DNA from: Mobula hypostoma
Taxonomy: Eukaryota
Direction: 5' to 3'
Length of the DNA stretch: 64,000 nucleotides
Assembly: GCF_963921235.1 (NCBI RefSeq)
Contig: NC_086097.1
Location: 143,904,001-143,968,000, forward strand
Shown here: in pieces, positions 23,335 through 37,582 of the stretch
Layout of the letters: each line of letters starts with the position of its first letter
How positions within the stretch are numbered: the first letter of the stretch is position 1
Notes under the pieces: model-generated
Seen by the model: the letters and a program-made list of their open reading frames with translations, nothing else
Told to the model about the DNA's origin: nothing
Database searches by the model: none
Made by a program: the position numbers and the translations under genes

Positions 23335-23979
23335 ATCGAATTAGATTATGAAGATACTCAGTCCTCGTTTATTGTCATTTAGAAATGCATGCATTAAAAA
23401 ATGATATAATGTTCCTCCAGAAAGATATCACAGAAACACAGGACAAACCAAGACTAAAATTGACAAAACTACATAATTATAACATATAGTTACAACAGTG
23501 CAAAGCAATATTGTAATTTGATAAAGAGCAGACCATAGGCACGGTAAAAAAAGTCTCAAGTCCCGATAGCCCCATCATCTCACACAGACGGTAGAAAGGA
23601 GAAACTCTCCCGGCCATGAACTCCAAGCACCGCCAACTTGCTGATGCATTGGAAGCCCCCGACCGCAGCCGACCCTGAGTCTGTCCGAAAACTTCGAGCC
23701 TCTGACCAGCCCTCCGACACCGAGCACCATCCACTGCCGAGCGCTTCGACCCCACCCCGGCCGCAAAGCAACAAGCAAAGCCAAGGACTCGGGGCCTTCC
23801 CCTCCAGAGATTCTGGATCACACAGTAGCAGCAGGCATTTCAGGAGTTTCACCAGATGTTCCTCCGTGCTCTCATGTCTGTCTCCATCAAATCAGGATTG
23901 TGCACGGCACCCTACTTGACAGATAACAGATATCATTCACCGGAGTGGCCACTGCAAGCTGCGTTGCGCCGCCATCTTC
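23335..23979 (-). mobile_element. Non-autonomous LINE-derived retroelement (GC-rich 5' part, AATAAA 3' part)
   Basis: Starts GAAGATGGCGGCG (YY1-like); ends AATAAA..(aatct); interrupts an old LINE fragment. Confidence 0.6.
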
Positions 23980-24518
23980 ATGGAATTGCATACCCAAAAA
24001 CACTGGGAAAGAGCTTTTGCTAGTGGGATTGCAGTGATTCAAGAAAGCAGTTTGCAGTCATTTTCTCAAGGGCAATAATTTCAAATTGCTATTGTGGCTG
24101 GCTCCATGCGGCCAAGTTTCATTGCTAATCACTTACCATTGGCTCCCTTTATGCAAGAGCTCCATGGGGTTCAGAAATGTACTTCATATTCTTTGCTTCT
24201 CTCAGCAAGTTACAAAGTCTGGGGATTTGCTGAATGGGACAATTGATCAGCTATTTGTACATTTATTTATATAGGATGGCTCTTGCAGTTGAGCCGTCAG
24301 TTCTGACATACTTACTCATACCCACTGCCCATTGCAGTCATTCCCCTGTTGGAAACAACCCCTTCAGTAAATGCTGGAGATTAGATTTTCCAGTCATTCT
24401 CCTTCCTTCCCTAATGGGAATTTTCCCACTTCAGGGCCCCTCCCACCTAGCTGTGTTATTTCTCAGCATCAGCAATCTGTCAGGGACAAACTTCTCCTTT
24501 CTCAACACCGAGGCAACA

Positions 24519-24531
24519 GTTGCTAAGCAAC
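24519..24531. promoter_or_regulatory. RFX X-box-like palindrome
   Basis: GTTGCTAAGCAAC with adjacent GGCAAC half-site. Confidence 0.35.
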
Positions 24532-27500
24532 GTAGGTAAGCTCATTTAAAAAGACTGAAGTAATGGACTTGCCCTAGAGAAACACAGAGAGGAGGTGTGG
24601 AGAGATAATTTGCTCAGTCAGCTGCCAGTGTGCATTGTTAGAGTGACACTGCCTAGAGCTCACACCCTCCCTTTCCTATTCCATAGTCAGCTTCCCACAA
24701 AATATCTCAAATATAAAAATTCCAGTTTTACTTAATGTTTCAGGAAAAGTTCAGTGAACTGGCTAAATAAATGATCATTTTAGCCAGTGAAAGTGACAGC
24801 CAGAAAAAGCCCAGATGACTAGCGAAGCCTGCGCCACACGCCATGGTTTTATTTGTCACCCCCGCCCCTTGTCTCACTGACAAGTGAAATCCTGATAAGG
24901 CACAAGAACCAGATAAAAATTAAGCTAGATAGACAGAAGATTCTTTCCTTAATGATTCAAAATTGGTCTAGTAAGCCACACCATCCATTGTGAAAAGGGA
25001 CATCACTGTAACTATTACAATACGAAAGAATCTGTTAAGCCTTTATAGGTGCCTCACACTGACAGCTGAAAGCACTAGCAGTTGTCCATAGTGAGAGCTA
25101 CAGCCAGCCCAAGCTCACTCTTCCACTTCCATGCCCACATCGTCGCCAGGACCTACCCCGAGTCTGATACAGCAACAACACTGGACAGGTTTTGCCAGCT
25201 TGCATCCCGCGAGCTTCTTTGCCATGTTTGTTTGATGCCTCAGCTGCTGCTTCTGTTACTGAAGGGAGGCCCAGACCCAAAAAAATAGGCCTGGTGACTG
25301 TGAAGGATTGGCGATATACTGTATCTCCACTCCACTTCAGGACGACATGTGACCAGGAGAGAAAGGTGCTGCTGGTTGGGTTCCTTTGCATCTGCTGCTC
25401 TTGTGCTTATTTGCAATCGAGGCCGTGGCTTGGAAGGCGCTGTCAGAGGAGTCTGGGAGGATAATGCCATACATTTTATTGGCGGGACACAATGCAGTCT
25501 CTTTGACTGATGGTGGAGGGAAGAAGTGTTTCGAATGGTTGATGGGATGCTATCAAAATGGAGTGCTTTGTCCCGGGTGGTGTTGAAACTCTGGAGAGAT
25601 GCTGGTGCTGCACTAAAACAGGCAAGCGCAGAGTACTCCATCACACTCATATGATTCGTAGGTTTGGTGAAAAGCCTTTGTATGAAATAATTGCTATACT
25701 TGCTATCCATCTGGGGCAAAACTAATTCATTCTCTAGAAGAGTTGACTAACATGACTACATTCCTGTACCCAAGTTAGAAATTGAAATCCCAGTATAGGT
25801 ATTCTTCTCTTGCTCGGATGAATTTAACTCCAAAAGCACTTCAAGAACACCATCCAGACAAAGTTGTGTACTTGGCTGACACCCGGCACACCATCCTAAA
25901 AATTCATTATTTCCATTACCTGCACACCATAGCTGTAAAATAAGCCACCGGCAAAATGCATTGATTTTGACCAAAGGACAGGAACCACACATCCCAAGCT
26001 TGCAGTTTCTACCACCAAGAAGGGCAGGTAGAGAAGGAGAATGAGAAGGCGACTAACTCTCCTGAAGTGGAAATATATTAGCATTCCTTCATCAACTTTG
26101 GGTCTAAATTTCAGAAGAAGGCAGCTCAACTGCATTCACAACAATAATGAGGACTGAGAAATAAACATCGCCCCTGTCAGACAAGGCCTTATTCTGTTAA
26201 TGAATTAAATAATACATTCTAGGGATATGTTTATCTTTGCGATAGAAATTTTCTAGTTTTTTCACAACATTCATCCCATCGAGTCTACACCAGCTCTCTG
26301 AGCAATTTCACCTACCCCGCTCTCTGCACTTAACTCCCCCAACCCAATGGTTCTACCACTACTCTACACTAAGAGTAATTTTCTGTAGACAATTAATCCA
26401 CCAAATCACACTCTTTGAGATGTGGGAGAAAACCTTAGCATCTAGTCTAAGCCCACATTGGTTACAAGGAAAATGTATGGATTCCATACAAACAGCACCT
26501 GAAATCAGGATTATACCCAGATCACTGGAGTGTGAGGTAGGAAAACTACCTGCTGTACCACCATGCAAGTGAATCAACTATCAGATGAGACATTAAAGCA
26601 AAATGTTCTGTGCTTGTTTCCATTGATGTTCTAAGTTTACTGGCATTTTTTTTAAGAACACAGAGCTTCCCTGGCTGAAGTTCTTCCCTCAAAGTAAAAC
26701 ACCTGAAAAAAACTAGATTATTCTGGGACAATACACAAAATGCCAGAGGAACTAAGCAGGTCAGGCAGCATTTATGGAGGGGAAAGAACAGCCAACGTTC
26801 CATTAGATTATTCTAGAATCTTAGTCTACAGAAACTTCTTGCTGCTTCAGTTCATGAACAATAAGGGCCAACTACACAGAGTACACCTGGAGCTACATAA
26901 GGGATAGCACTGGTTCAAAAGTAACAGGTTGATTTACAAAATTAAAAAGATTAGCTTTAATTGTCACCTGTACATTGAAATATCGAAACATTTGTGTCAG
27001 TAACCAACGTAGCCTGAATAGGTGCTGAGGCAGCTCACAAGTGTCACCAAGCTTCCGGTGCAAACATAACATAACCACAAATCATTAAACTGAACCCTCT
27101 TTGGAATTATCTAATTTTGTGTCCACTTCTTACATAAGTCCAGCACCTTCCATAGACACTTTCTACCGGTAATTGCAAACTTACCAGTGTTATAACATTT
27201 TATAATTTGCTGTGGTGGGAATGAGCTTGTATTGTTTATACAACATACAGTCAACAACCACATCCACCTGTAATTAACTAACTCCTTCCACACACATTAC
27301 TTTTCTCTTAATTGCCAAAATTGACATTCAGCATTGAGAAACCTCTGGTGGGAATAGGTTTACTCGGTCTTCTGAGAGCAATTTAATTTGGCTAACAAAT
27401 CATTTGAGACCTAAAGAGATGCTGGTGAGGAAAGGAACTTGACTGAAACCCATTACATCTCTTTGTTTGTTGTAATTTGGTCAGATATCCAAGATTCAAG

Positions 27501-28534
27501 GCAGTCAGATTATTTAAAGATACAAATTGTTCTTTTTTTAAATTTTCTTCATGAAGAATGGGAAAAATTCCAACATGCAGCATTCATTGTCAGCATCAAG
27601 TTTTGCCTGAATGGGAACTGTATCGATTAGATATAGAACAAAGCTCCTTCTGTGTTGTCCTGTCAGACCTTTGAAGGCCGTTGTCCTGTCCCCAAACCAT
27701 ACAAGCCTCCTTGTAACTACAGAGCTCTTCTTTGGCTCGGTGCCTTCCAACTAAACCTGTTATCACAATTGTACCACATAGCTTAGATTAAGGTAATGAA
27801 TCTCAGCCTGGCTGGCAACCCTGAAGGCTACTTACCACTGTGTTTTCCACATTGCAAAAAAACCCTTTCTAGTACTTCTGGCACAAATCGGACGGAAGAA
27901 TGACAGTAGACTGTCCAGGCCCTTGTGACAATGACCCACCTTACTGAAATATAAATCTCAGTGCTGATTATTCAAATCGATCTGACCTACATAGCTTGTC
28001 AGAGGGAGTGTGTTACATTTCCATTGCCATTTGTAAGAAGTTCTTCCAAAATACAGGACTGAACAGTATGACTTCAATTTTGAAATTGCAACTCATTTAT
28101 TGACCTACTAGAAGAAGTCATCTGTATGTGGCTGTGTGCAATCGTTTTATCATCTTAAACACTTCGATCCCTTTCACATTGATCTTATAAAAATAAAGGG
28201 CAGAAAAACAGATCTTTATTGTAACTTCTGCCTTAAAGAAAACAATAATGAAAATAGGTACTCACTGCTGAACATATGTGCGATGAAACTCATCCGGAGG
28301 GGAAATATGACCTCGGTTGCAAAAAGCATTTATTATTATTTATGGAGTTAACAAATTCTGGTAATCACAGATGGAGATAATTTACGAACTTTAAGAGGTT
28401 GCAATTTCCTAGGCTCTTCCACAGAAACTGCTTGATAATGGTACATTGTTAAGAGTCTCATCGGTCAAATATATTGAATGATTCAAATCTCATTACTTGC
28501 CAGGATGTAGTGACTGAACTTGACAATAAATAAA

Positions 28535-29060
28535 GGAAACACAAGAGATTCTGCAAATGCTGGAAAGCAGGAAATCATAAGCAATTCGCACAAAATGCAG
28601 GAGAAACTCGACAAGTCAGGCAATATCTAAGGAGGGGAATAAACACTTGATGCTTTGGGCTGAGACCCTTCATCAGAACTTCAGAAGAGGAAAGAAGCCA
28701 GTATAAGAAGGTGGGGAAGGGGGAAGAAATACAAGCTAGAAGGTGATAGGTAAAACCACGTGAGGAGGGGAAAGGAGGGGAGATGGAGGAGGGAGGATGA
28801 AGTAAGAAGCTGGGAGTTGATAGCCGAAGGAGGTAAGGGGTTGAAGAAGAAGGAATCTAATGGTAGAGGATAGTAGATCATGGAAGAAAGGGAAGGAGGA
28901 GAAGAGAAGGGGTAAGAGAAGAGAATGGACACAGAGAGAAAGGGAAGGGGGAAAAATTACCATAAGTTAGAGAAGTCAATATTCATGCAATCAAGTTGGA
29001 GGCTACCCAGATGAAATATGAGGTGTTGCTTCTCCAACCTGAGTGTGACCTCATCATGTA
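28535..29060 (-). mobile_element. Penelope pLTR fragment
   Basis: Homologous to 37190-37716; degenerate hammerhead at ~28645-28680. Confidence 0.8.
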
Positions 29061-31053
29061 AGTCTTCATTACAGCAAATAATTTTTCTAGTGTTGAAAAT
29101 TAACACTTGCAAGTGTAGAGACTTAATCCTTCATATTTTATAAGACTTTAAGCGTAATGGTTAACTTTTCTCAGGGCCTAGTAACTCTGGAAGTTTGAGA
29201 AGGCTGATCCTGCTACTTCTCAAACTGTTTTCAGCATCCAGCTGAAATAAACAGTGCAATATGATTATATTTCTAGGCATTTGAAAAGATATTGAAGATA
29301 ATATTTTACTTTATAATCTTTTTAAACCTGAAGGACTGATTCTCTATGTTTGGAGAAGTTAATTTTCAACATCAGGAAGTTTGGCAGTAATTAAGACTCG
29401 CTAAAGGATTTCTACACTAAAAACGTCTAATTAAAATGGATTTAACCCTATATTTTTCTTGTCAAAGTAGAGGTAGATAATACATTTCCAGCATCAAAAG
29501 TAGTCCTAATGACATCATTCCTGATATAATATTGTGGTTTATCATTCCCTAGTGAAATTCAGTGATGTTTTTTCCAAAGTTTGACTGTCATTGGTCACTC
29601 ATTGTTCATACAGGTCTCCATAACTCTGCTTTTCATCAGTTGTGTGATTGAAGGGGCCACTTCTACTCTCAGTTGCAGGTTTTGAAGTCTGTTGCAGAGC
29701 AGTGTGCAGGCTGTTTGCTCATTCTTAAACCTAGTTTTAATCACCACCCAGAGTTTAGCTCGGCTTCACTGAATATTCAGAACTTGGAAATTGCTTTCAA
29801 TTGGCGCTTGTGTGCTGGCTTCGCTACAATTCTTGGAGCATGGGAAGATGTGGCCATAGCCATGGAGAGGTATACCAAGCAAAAAGGCTCACTGATGCAG
29901 TCCTTGTCCCTGCAGGCTCCTCCGTGACCCAAGCTATGGAGGGCTATGGTCCTGATGCAGGTTGATGAGAGTAGCAGTTTAAATGGTTTGTCACTGACTT
30001 GATAGGCTGAAGGGCCTGTTTCTGTGCTGTACTTTTCTATGATTCTATGACTCTAAGCTCATAGTCTAGCCTCGCTGAGGAGCAATGTCTCTGTAGGCTA
30101 ATGGTTCTCTAGATGGTGGTCATGGAGATCTCCAGAAGTCTCCAGGCTCACACATGCTCTGACAAGCAAGAACAAGATCGCTTCCAGTCAAGCTTGCCCT
30201 TTCTTGTAAATCTTGGGATGTCAATATGGGACATTTGTCCAAGGGCTCACGTAGACAGGTTGGTCAAAGCAGACTCTAATCAACAAGCGGCACTTTGACT
30301 GAACTTGCACCCTCAGCCCCAGAGAATGGTGCTACTGGTATGACTGCTATTTAACTCAATGGCAGCAGAAGCACACAGTGATGAGGGGCGAGTGAAGTTG
30401 GGAATTTTCTCTTGTGAAGCAATATTTTCTGTTCAGTCTTCAATAAGTAGGCAGTAAATTTGATACGAGACCCAATCTCTGTTCAGTGCTTTTCATGTGG
30501 ATTCAAATCCTGTGACTAGGGAAAGACCCAGCCAGCCCGTGATATTTGGGATACATTCTGCGAAGAGTCCAGACTCCTGATGAACTCAAAAGCTGTCTGT
30601 GTAAATGCAATCACACGATATCTGAGAATAAATACATTGAAGTCTATTTTTCACAAAATTGAGAAAGTTAGGAATTCCACAGCAAAAATGTCAGAATGTC
30701 ACAGCACAGCTTCCAAGTAAAGGCAGCCTTAGACTAATACAGTGGATAATTTAATCAAGAGGAACCCCTGGATATGAATGAGCCCATTCTCTGAACTTAT
30801 TACAGGAAAAGAAAATATCTTTCTGTTTTCTAGCTAAAGTATTGACTTCTGATTTACATTTAAATTTATATCATGGAGAGAAGTGAGGGAGGTCATTAGG
30901 TTTACATACTTCCTCCTAATGTGCACCTCTCCCTCTTCCATCGCTTGCAGTCTTCTTCCTTTTCACCCTCTGCATTAAGCAATTCCTCGAATGACATCAG
31001 AACCTCTGGGAAATCTCCAGCACATTGGGTTTGTTCTAGTCATTGGTGACACC

Positions 31054-31475
31054 CAGGGGTGCAGTGCTAGCCGGAGCACGTCCGGCACCTCTTTAAGAAA
31101 AAAGCCAAAATAAACAAGCTAATTAATTAGGTGCCACCCAGGGTGATTTGAGTATTTCAGAAACTGCTGATCTGCTGAGATTTTTACGCACAACAGACTC
31201 CGGAGTTTACAAAGAATGGTGCCAAAAACAAAAAAAAACATCCAGCGAGTGGATTTAACAAGATATTTTCGCTCACAGAACAGCCACTCGCTGGATGCTT
31301 TTTTGTTCTGGATTCTTTGTAAACTCGGGAGTCTGTTGTGCATAAAAATCCCAAGAGATCAGCAGTTTCTGAGATACTCAAATCACCCTGGGCGGCACCT
31401 AATTAATTAGCTTGTTTATTTCAGCTTTTTTTTTGAAGATGTGCCGGATGCACTCCAGCTAGCACTGTACCACTG
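31054..31475. mobile_element. Fold-back hAT-type MITE containing Tc1 transposase-derived sequence
   Basis: ~200-bp inverted arms; ends CAGGGG/CCACTG; 8-bp TSD gtgacacc/gtgacaca; inner arms encode SISETADLLGF. Confidence 0.85.
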
Positions 31476-34400
31476 GTGACACAACAGTATGTTTAGTACT
31501 TTGGGCACATCTAGGAAACCGCTTTAATGTAGAGAAGGCTCAGGGCAGGACATTAAATAAGCAAAACCTCAGGAGAGAGCTACACCCAACTGATAAACCA
31601 CAGGAAGGGGCAATATTAGAAACTATTGAGTGGTGATGGCTCAAATTATAATTGTGGGCTTAGGAGGAAGATTCACACGAGGTGGTTTTCCATATTAACT
31701 AAAACCTCTTTATTGAGTGGCATAATGGTGCAACAATTGGTGTGTGATGGACATTCACTGTCCTAGGCTGGGGTACCTTTTTGTCAAGCTCAGCTTTCTA
31801 CCACAGAGGCTGACACTTCTAGAGAGCTAAGAATTGTTTTTGAGTAAGTTAAACTTCTAACCAATATTCCGTGCTCCACTACCTGCCGGCCCACAGCATG
31901 GAGCTGGCTACTCAAGAGACGCAGTGTAAGATAATGGGGTGATGTTAATGCTTGTGGTGTGACTGTGATCAAAGTCACTGGAGAGACCCTGAAGCTGATG
32001 ATATAGAAGTCCTGTTCAGCACAACTAGCAGATATCATATTGGAGTCACTCTCAGAAGAGGCTCACAAACCCAAAGGTACATCACATTATATACCAAAGG
32101 CAACAACTGGTGGTTCAATACAATTTTCAATAGTTACAATGATACTGTTTACTTCAATACTTTAGGTAGACAAAATGGTTCTATTAGAAGCACATTGTAA
32201 TTGATAGGATGCCTCTGAAGGTCCAGACACCTTTGGGAGAAACTAATTAACACAAATATTCTAAAATCTTTTGATGACAGAGAGCTAGGCGCCAAAAATT
32301 AATCTGAAACAAGAGAAAAGCTGCAGATGCTGGAAATCCAATACTGCTCCTTACTCTGATGCTGCCTCTTCCTTTCCAGTCCTCATGACGAATCTCATCC
32401 CAAAACATCGACTGTTTACTCTTTTCCATAGATGCTGCCTGGCCTGCTGAGTTGCTCTAGCATCTTGTATGTATTACCCAAAGTCAATGTTGTCAGGGCC
32501 GTCTCTGAGTACTCAAATATTATAGGTACACAAAAACTATTGATTACCTATACTCGTAACCATGTTTGATATGCTAAGTGGCCACATCCATCTGGTCTGC
32601 CAGCTTGCACTCAAATCACAATGGTGCAAATGACTTGCAATGTTGCTGGCTTGATGCAAGCTAATTAACTCAATCGCATTGTTTTAACGCTCAGCTCTTG
32701 CATATGCAATCTCTTAGCCTGTGGAGCAGCCTGTGACTTTAACTTCAAATTACTGCTTGCAATTTACAAGTAAAAATTTTAGGCTAATTGCAAGCTTCCT
32801 GAATCTACTTTCATTTACAATAAGAATTGAGGCCTGATTCTTGTTTGAATTAATATCTGCTAAATCCATGTAATTCCAAACTACTACCTAACAACCTGCA
32901 TCATACACTGGCTAAATTATTTAATTCAAGGAAGCTTGCAGACCAGATTGATAACTATCACTTAGCATATCAAAGAGCTGAACTATCAATAGTTGGAAGA
33001 TTTGTGCACTCAGAGAATCAGCCTTCACAGCAGTAACTTTGGGTGTCTGTGATATGCGTCCCCAGAATCCTTTAAAGCAACTGTGTGAAGAGATAGCTGA
33101 AAAAAAAATCACATGCATGTGAAGTCATAAAGTTGCTAAAGCAGTGTAAATGTAAAAGAGTGGTCAGGCTTGTTAAGAATGGTCAAGGAACAGCAAAAAG
33201 AATGACAGAAAGATGTGGCGAATTAGAATCTATTCCTTTGCCTTGGGTTTCTCTGATGGATAATTCATTCATCTGCAAAACATTGGTATGTCTTTTTAGC
33301 TTAGAAGAATTGTACCTGTGCTTTGGAAATCCTTTGTGTTTTAGAAATCAATTGTAATTTAGAAACATTTTATAAGATAGAAATCCTCTGAGAGGATATG
33401 TTTATTAAGAATTTTATTTAAATTTAAGTGTATATCATTAAAAATAAATGAACGGTGTTTAATCTACTTAGTTAGCTGGATGTATCGCCTCCTTGGTAGG
33501 GATGGGGGGATCCACCACGCAAATAATGGTATCAGCAGCTAAACTTGTCATGGATGATAAACAAGGAAGTGACCTAGCCTTTGAAGGGTAGGTGGATATG
33601 AGCTTAAAATCACTGTTTGAATGTAAAACTTGGTGGTCAGCAATTTTAACACCGTCGCAGATGTAGGTTCAGTCCTCCTCTTAGCTATTTGACTGGAGCT
33701 TCCACATTCTCCCCGAGAACACAAAGACTTCCACTGGGCGCTCCCATTTCCAACTGTACCTGAAAGGCACATGGCCAGTTAATTGGCTGCTGTAAATTAC
33801 CCCTCATTATGGCTTAATGGCAAAGACAATCAAATGGGAGTTGATGGGCATTTGAAGGAGAATGAGTTGTGGGAGTATGGGGAAATAAAGAGAGAGCAAT
33901 GGGACTGATTGAAATGATCCGTGGGGAGACACATGGGTACAATGGGCCAAATGGCCTCCTTCTCTGTCACTGTAAGTAAGTGAGTTGAACACCCAGAATT
34001 GTTCCCTTGTAATATGAAGCAGGCCACTTCTTCGAAGCAAATAACACACACAAAATGTTGGAGGAACTCAGCAAGTCAAGCAGCATCTATGGAGGGGAAT
34101 ATGCAGTGGACATTTTGGGCTGAGACCCTTCATCAGGATGCTTCACCCTGGCTTGTTGAGTTCTTCCAGCACTTTATATGTGTTGCTCTAGATTTTCAGC
34201 ATCTGCAGAATCTCTTGTGTTTTAATAATGTTGACCTGCTTTTGAGGCAAATACAACCCTGTTACCATCAAAACCTTGGTGCAAAGTTAATTTCTAAGGA
34301 GTAGCTTAAAACAGGAATGTAAAAAAATAGAGGTGACGAGATTTAGGGAGGCATTTTAGGAGTTGACAGCTAATGGTAGGGTCCCTATTGTTGATGTGAT

Positions 34401-35006
34401 TAAGATCAAGGATGGTTCACCCACAATTAAAACAGCTCAGATATATTTCGAGTTTGGGGTCCTGGAGAAGATTTCAGACATAGTGAAGATCTAGGTCATG
34501 GAAGGATTTGAAAACAGGGATGCGAGCTTTGCTATTGAGGTTTTGCTTAACTTAAGGTCAATATAGGCAAGCAAGAGTTCAGGAGTAAGCTGCAAACATC
34601 TGAAATAAAATTCAGAAAACACCAGAAAGATCAGTCAATATATGAGAGAGAAAAAAATGCATTTCGGATGGAGGCTTTCCACCAAAAAGAACAACCAAAA
34701 TGTACTTCATAACTGTGCCATCCCTTTTTCTATCAGTGCAAAGAGACAGTGTAAAGCCTGAGAAAAAAAATAGAAAGTAATAGGACAAACCAGAGGGAAA
34801 GGACCATGATTAATGTTTGCAGTATTTATGGGAACCTTCCTGTTCTATTTCTCACAGAAAAGCAATATGCATCAGAATCCAACGTTCGGGAATAGGGGTA
34901 ACTTGCTGAATCCACATAGTCAGTAGTCCTAGGCTGGGAATAAGCATGGACCATTGAAGTTGCTGGTGAACGCAGCAGGCCAGGCAGCATCTCTAGGAAG
35001 AGGTAC

Positions 35007-35042
35007 AGTCGACGTTTCAGGCCGAGACCCTTCGTCAGGACT
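35007..35042 (-). ncRNA. Minimal type I hammerhead ribozyme (intact core)
   Basis: AGUC-CUGACGA-AGGGUCUCGGCCU-GAAAC-GUC-GACU. Confidence 0.8.
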
Positions 35043-35441
35043 AACTGAAGGAAGGTCTAGTAAGAGATTTGAAAGTGGGAGGGGGAGGGGGAGATCCAAA
35101 ATGATAGGAGAAGACAGGAGGGGGAGGGATGGAGCCAAGAGCTGGACAGGTGATTGGCAAAAGGGATATGAGAGGATCATGGGACAGGAGGCCCAGGGAG
35201 AAGGAAAGGGGGGAGGGGGGGGGAAAACCCAGAGGATGGGCAAGGGGTATAGTGAGAGGGACAGAGGGAGAAAAAGGAGAGAGAGAGAAAGAATGTGTGT
35301 ATATAAATAAATAACGGATGGGGTACAAGGGGGAGGTGGGGCATTAACAGAAGTTTGAGAAATCAATGTTCATGCCATCAGGTTGGAGGCTATCCAGACG
35401 GAATATAAGGTGTTGTTCCTCCAGCCTGAGTGTGGCTTCAT

Positions 35442-37277
35442 CTCCACTCCCTCCGCGCTAATCCTAACCTCACTATAAAACCAGCCGATAAGGGGGGTGC
35501 TGTTGTAGTCTGGCGTACTGACCTCTACCTTGCTGAGGCACAGTGACAACTCGCGGATACCTCCTCTTATTTATCCCTCGATCGTGACCCCACTAAGGAG
35601 CACCAGGCCATTGTCTCCCACACCATCACCGACTTTATCCGCTCAGGGGATCTCCCATCCACTGCTACCAACCTTATAGTTCCCACACCCCGCACTTCCC
35701 GTTCCTACCTTCTACCCAAGATCCACAAACCTGCCTGTCCTGGCCGACCTATTGTCTCAGCTTGCTCCTGCCCCACCAAACTCGTTTCTGCATACTTCGA
35801 CACGGTTTTATCCCCTCTTGTTCAATCCCTTCCTACCTATGTTCGTGACACTTCTCACGCTCTTAAACTTTTCGATGATTTTAAGTTCCCTGGCCCCCAC
35901 CGCTTTATTTTCACCATGGATGTCCAGTCCTTATATACTTCCATCCCCCATCAGGAAGGTCTCAAAGCTCTCCGCTTCTTTTTGGATTCCAGACCTAACC
36001 AGTTCTCCTCTACCACCACTCTGCTCTGTCTAGCAGAATTAGTCCTTACTCTTAATAATTTCTCCTTTGGCTCCTCCCACTTCCTCCAAACTAAAGGTGT
36101 AGCTATGGGCACCCGTATGGGTCCTAGCTATGCCTGCCTTTTTGTTGGGTTTGTGGAACAATCTATGTTCCAAACCTATTCTGGTATCTGTCCCCCACTT
36201 TTCCTTCGCTACATCGACGACTGCATTGGCGCTGCTTCCTGCACGCATGCTGAGCTCGTTGACTTCATTAACTTTGCCTCCAACTTTCACCCTGCCCTCA
36301 AGTTTATCTGGTCCATTTCCAACACCTCCCTCCCCTTTCTAGATCTTTCTGTCTCTGTCTCTGGAGACAGCTTATCCACTGATGTCTACTATAAGCCTAC
36401 TGACTCTCACAGCTATCTGGACTATTCTTCTTCTCACCCTGTCTCTTGCAAAAATGCCATCCACTTCTCGTGATTCCTCCGTCTCCGCCTCATCTGCTCT
36501 CAGGATGAGGCTTTTCATTCCAGGACGAGGGAGATGTCCTCTTTTTTTAAAGAAAGGAGCTTCCCTTCCTCCACTATCAACTCTGCTCTCAAATGCATCT
36601 CCCCCATTTCATGCACATCTGCTCTCACTCCATCCTCCTGCCACCCCACTAGGAATAGGATTCCCCTTGTCCTCACCTACCACCCCACCAGCCTCCGGGT
36701 CCAACATATTATTCTCCGTAACTTCCGCCACCTCCAACGGGATCCCAGCACTAAGCACACCTTTCCCTCCCCCCCCCCTTCTGCTTACCACAGGGATTGC
36801 TCCCTACACGACTCCTTTGTCCATTCGTTCCCCCCATCCCTCCCCACTGATCTCCCTCCTGGCACTTATCCTTGTAAGCGGAACAAGTGCTACACATGCC
36901 CTTACACTTCCTCCCTTACCACCATTCAGGGCCCCAGACAGTCCTTCCAGGTGAGGCGACACTTCACCTGTGAGTCGGCTAGGGTGATATATTGCGTCTG
37001 GTGCTCCCGATGCGGCCTTCTATATATTGGCGAGACCGGACGCAGACTGGGAGATCGTTTCACTGAACACCTACGCTCTGTCCGCCAGAGAAAGCAGGAT
37101 CTCCAACTGGCCACACATTTTAATTCCACGTCCCATTCCCATTCTGATATGTCAATCCACAGCCTCCTCTACTGTAAAGATGAAGCCACACTCAGGCTGG
37201 AGGAACAACACCTTATATTCCGTCTGGGTAGCCTCCAACCTGATGGCATGAACATCGACTTCTCTAACTTCCGCTAA
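35442..37277 (+). pseudogene. PLE RT + GIY-YIG endonuclease frame with two in-frame TGA stops
   Basis: IKPADKG, MDVQSLY, GVAMG, RYIDD, CKRNKCYTC linker, VIY..YIGET; TGA at 35544 and 36471. Confidence 0.92.
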
Positions 37278-37582
37278 TGCCCCACCTCCCCCTTGTACCC
37301 CATCTGTTATTTATTTATATACACACATTCTTTCTCTTTCTCTCCTTTTTCTCCCTCTGTCCCCCTCACTATACCCCTTGCCCATCCTCTGGGCTTTTTC
37401 CCCCCCCTCCCCCCTTGTCTTTCTCCCTGGGCCTCCTGTCCCATGATCCTCTCGTATCCCTTTTGCCAATCAACTGTCCAGCTCTTGGCTCCATCCCTCC
37501 CCCTCCTGTCTTCTCCTATCATTTTGGATCTCTCCCCCTCTCCCTCCCACTTTCAAATCTCTTACTAGCTCTTCCTTCAGTT

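Noticed and set aside
29673..32200. Short ORFs in unique DNA (29673-29927, 31952-32200) as host exons
   Set aside because: No recognisable domain, weak splice support, lengths expected by chance
35544..36473. Two in-frame TGA codons in the PLE ORF as selenocysteine or readthrough
   Set aside because: More simply decay (one is a likely CGA>TGA); the copy is 5'-truncated and no SECIS was identified
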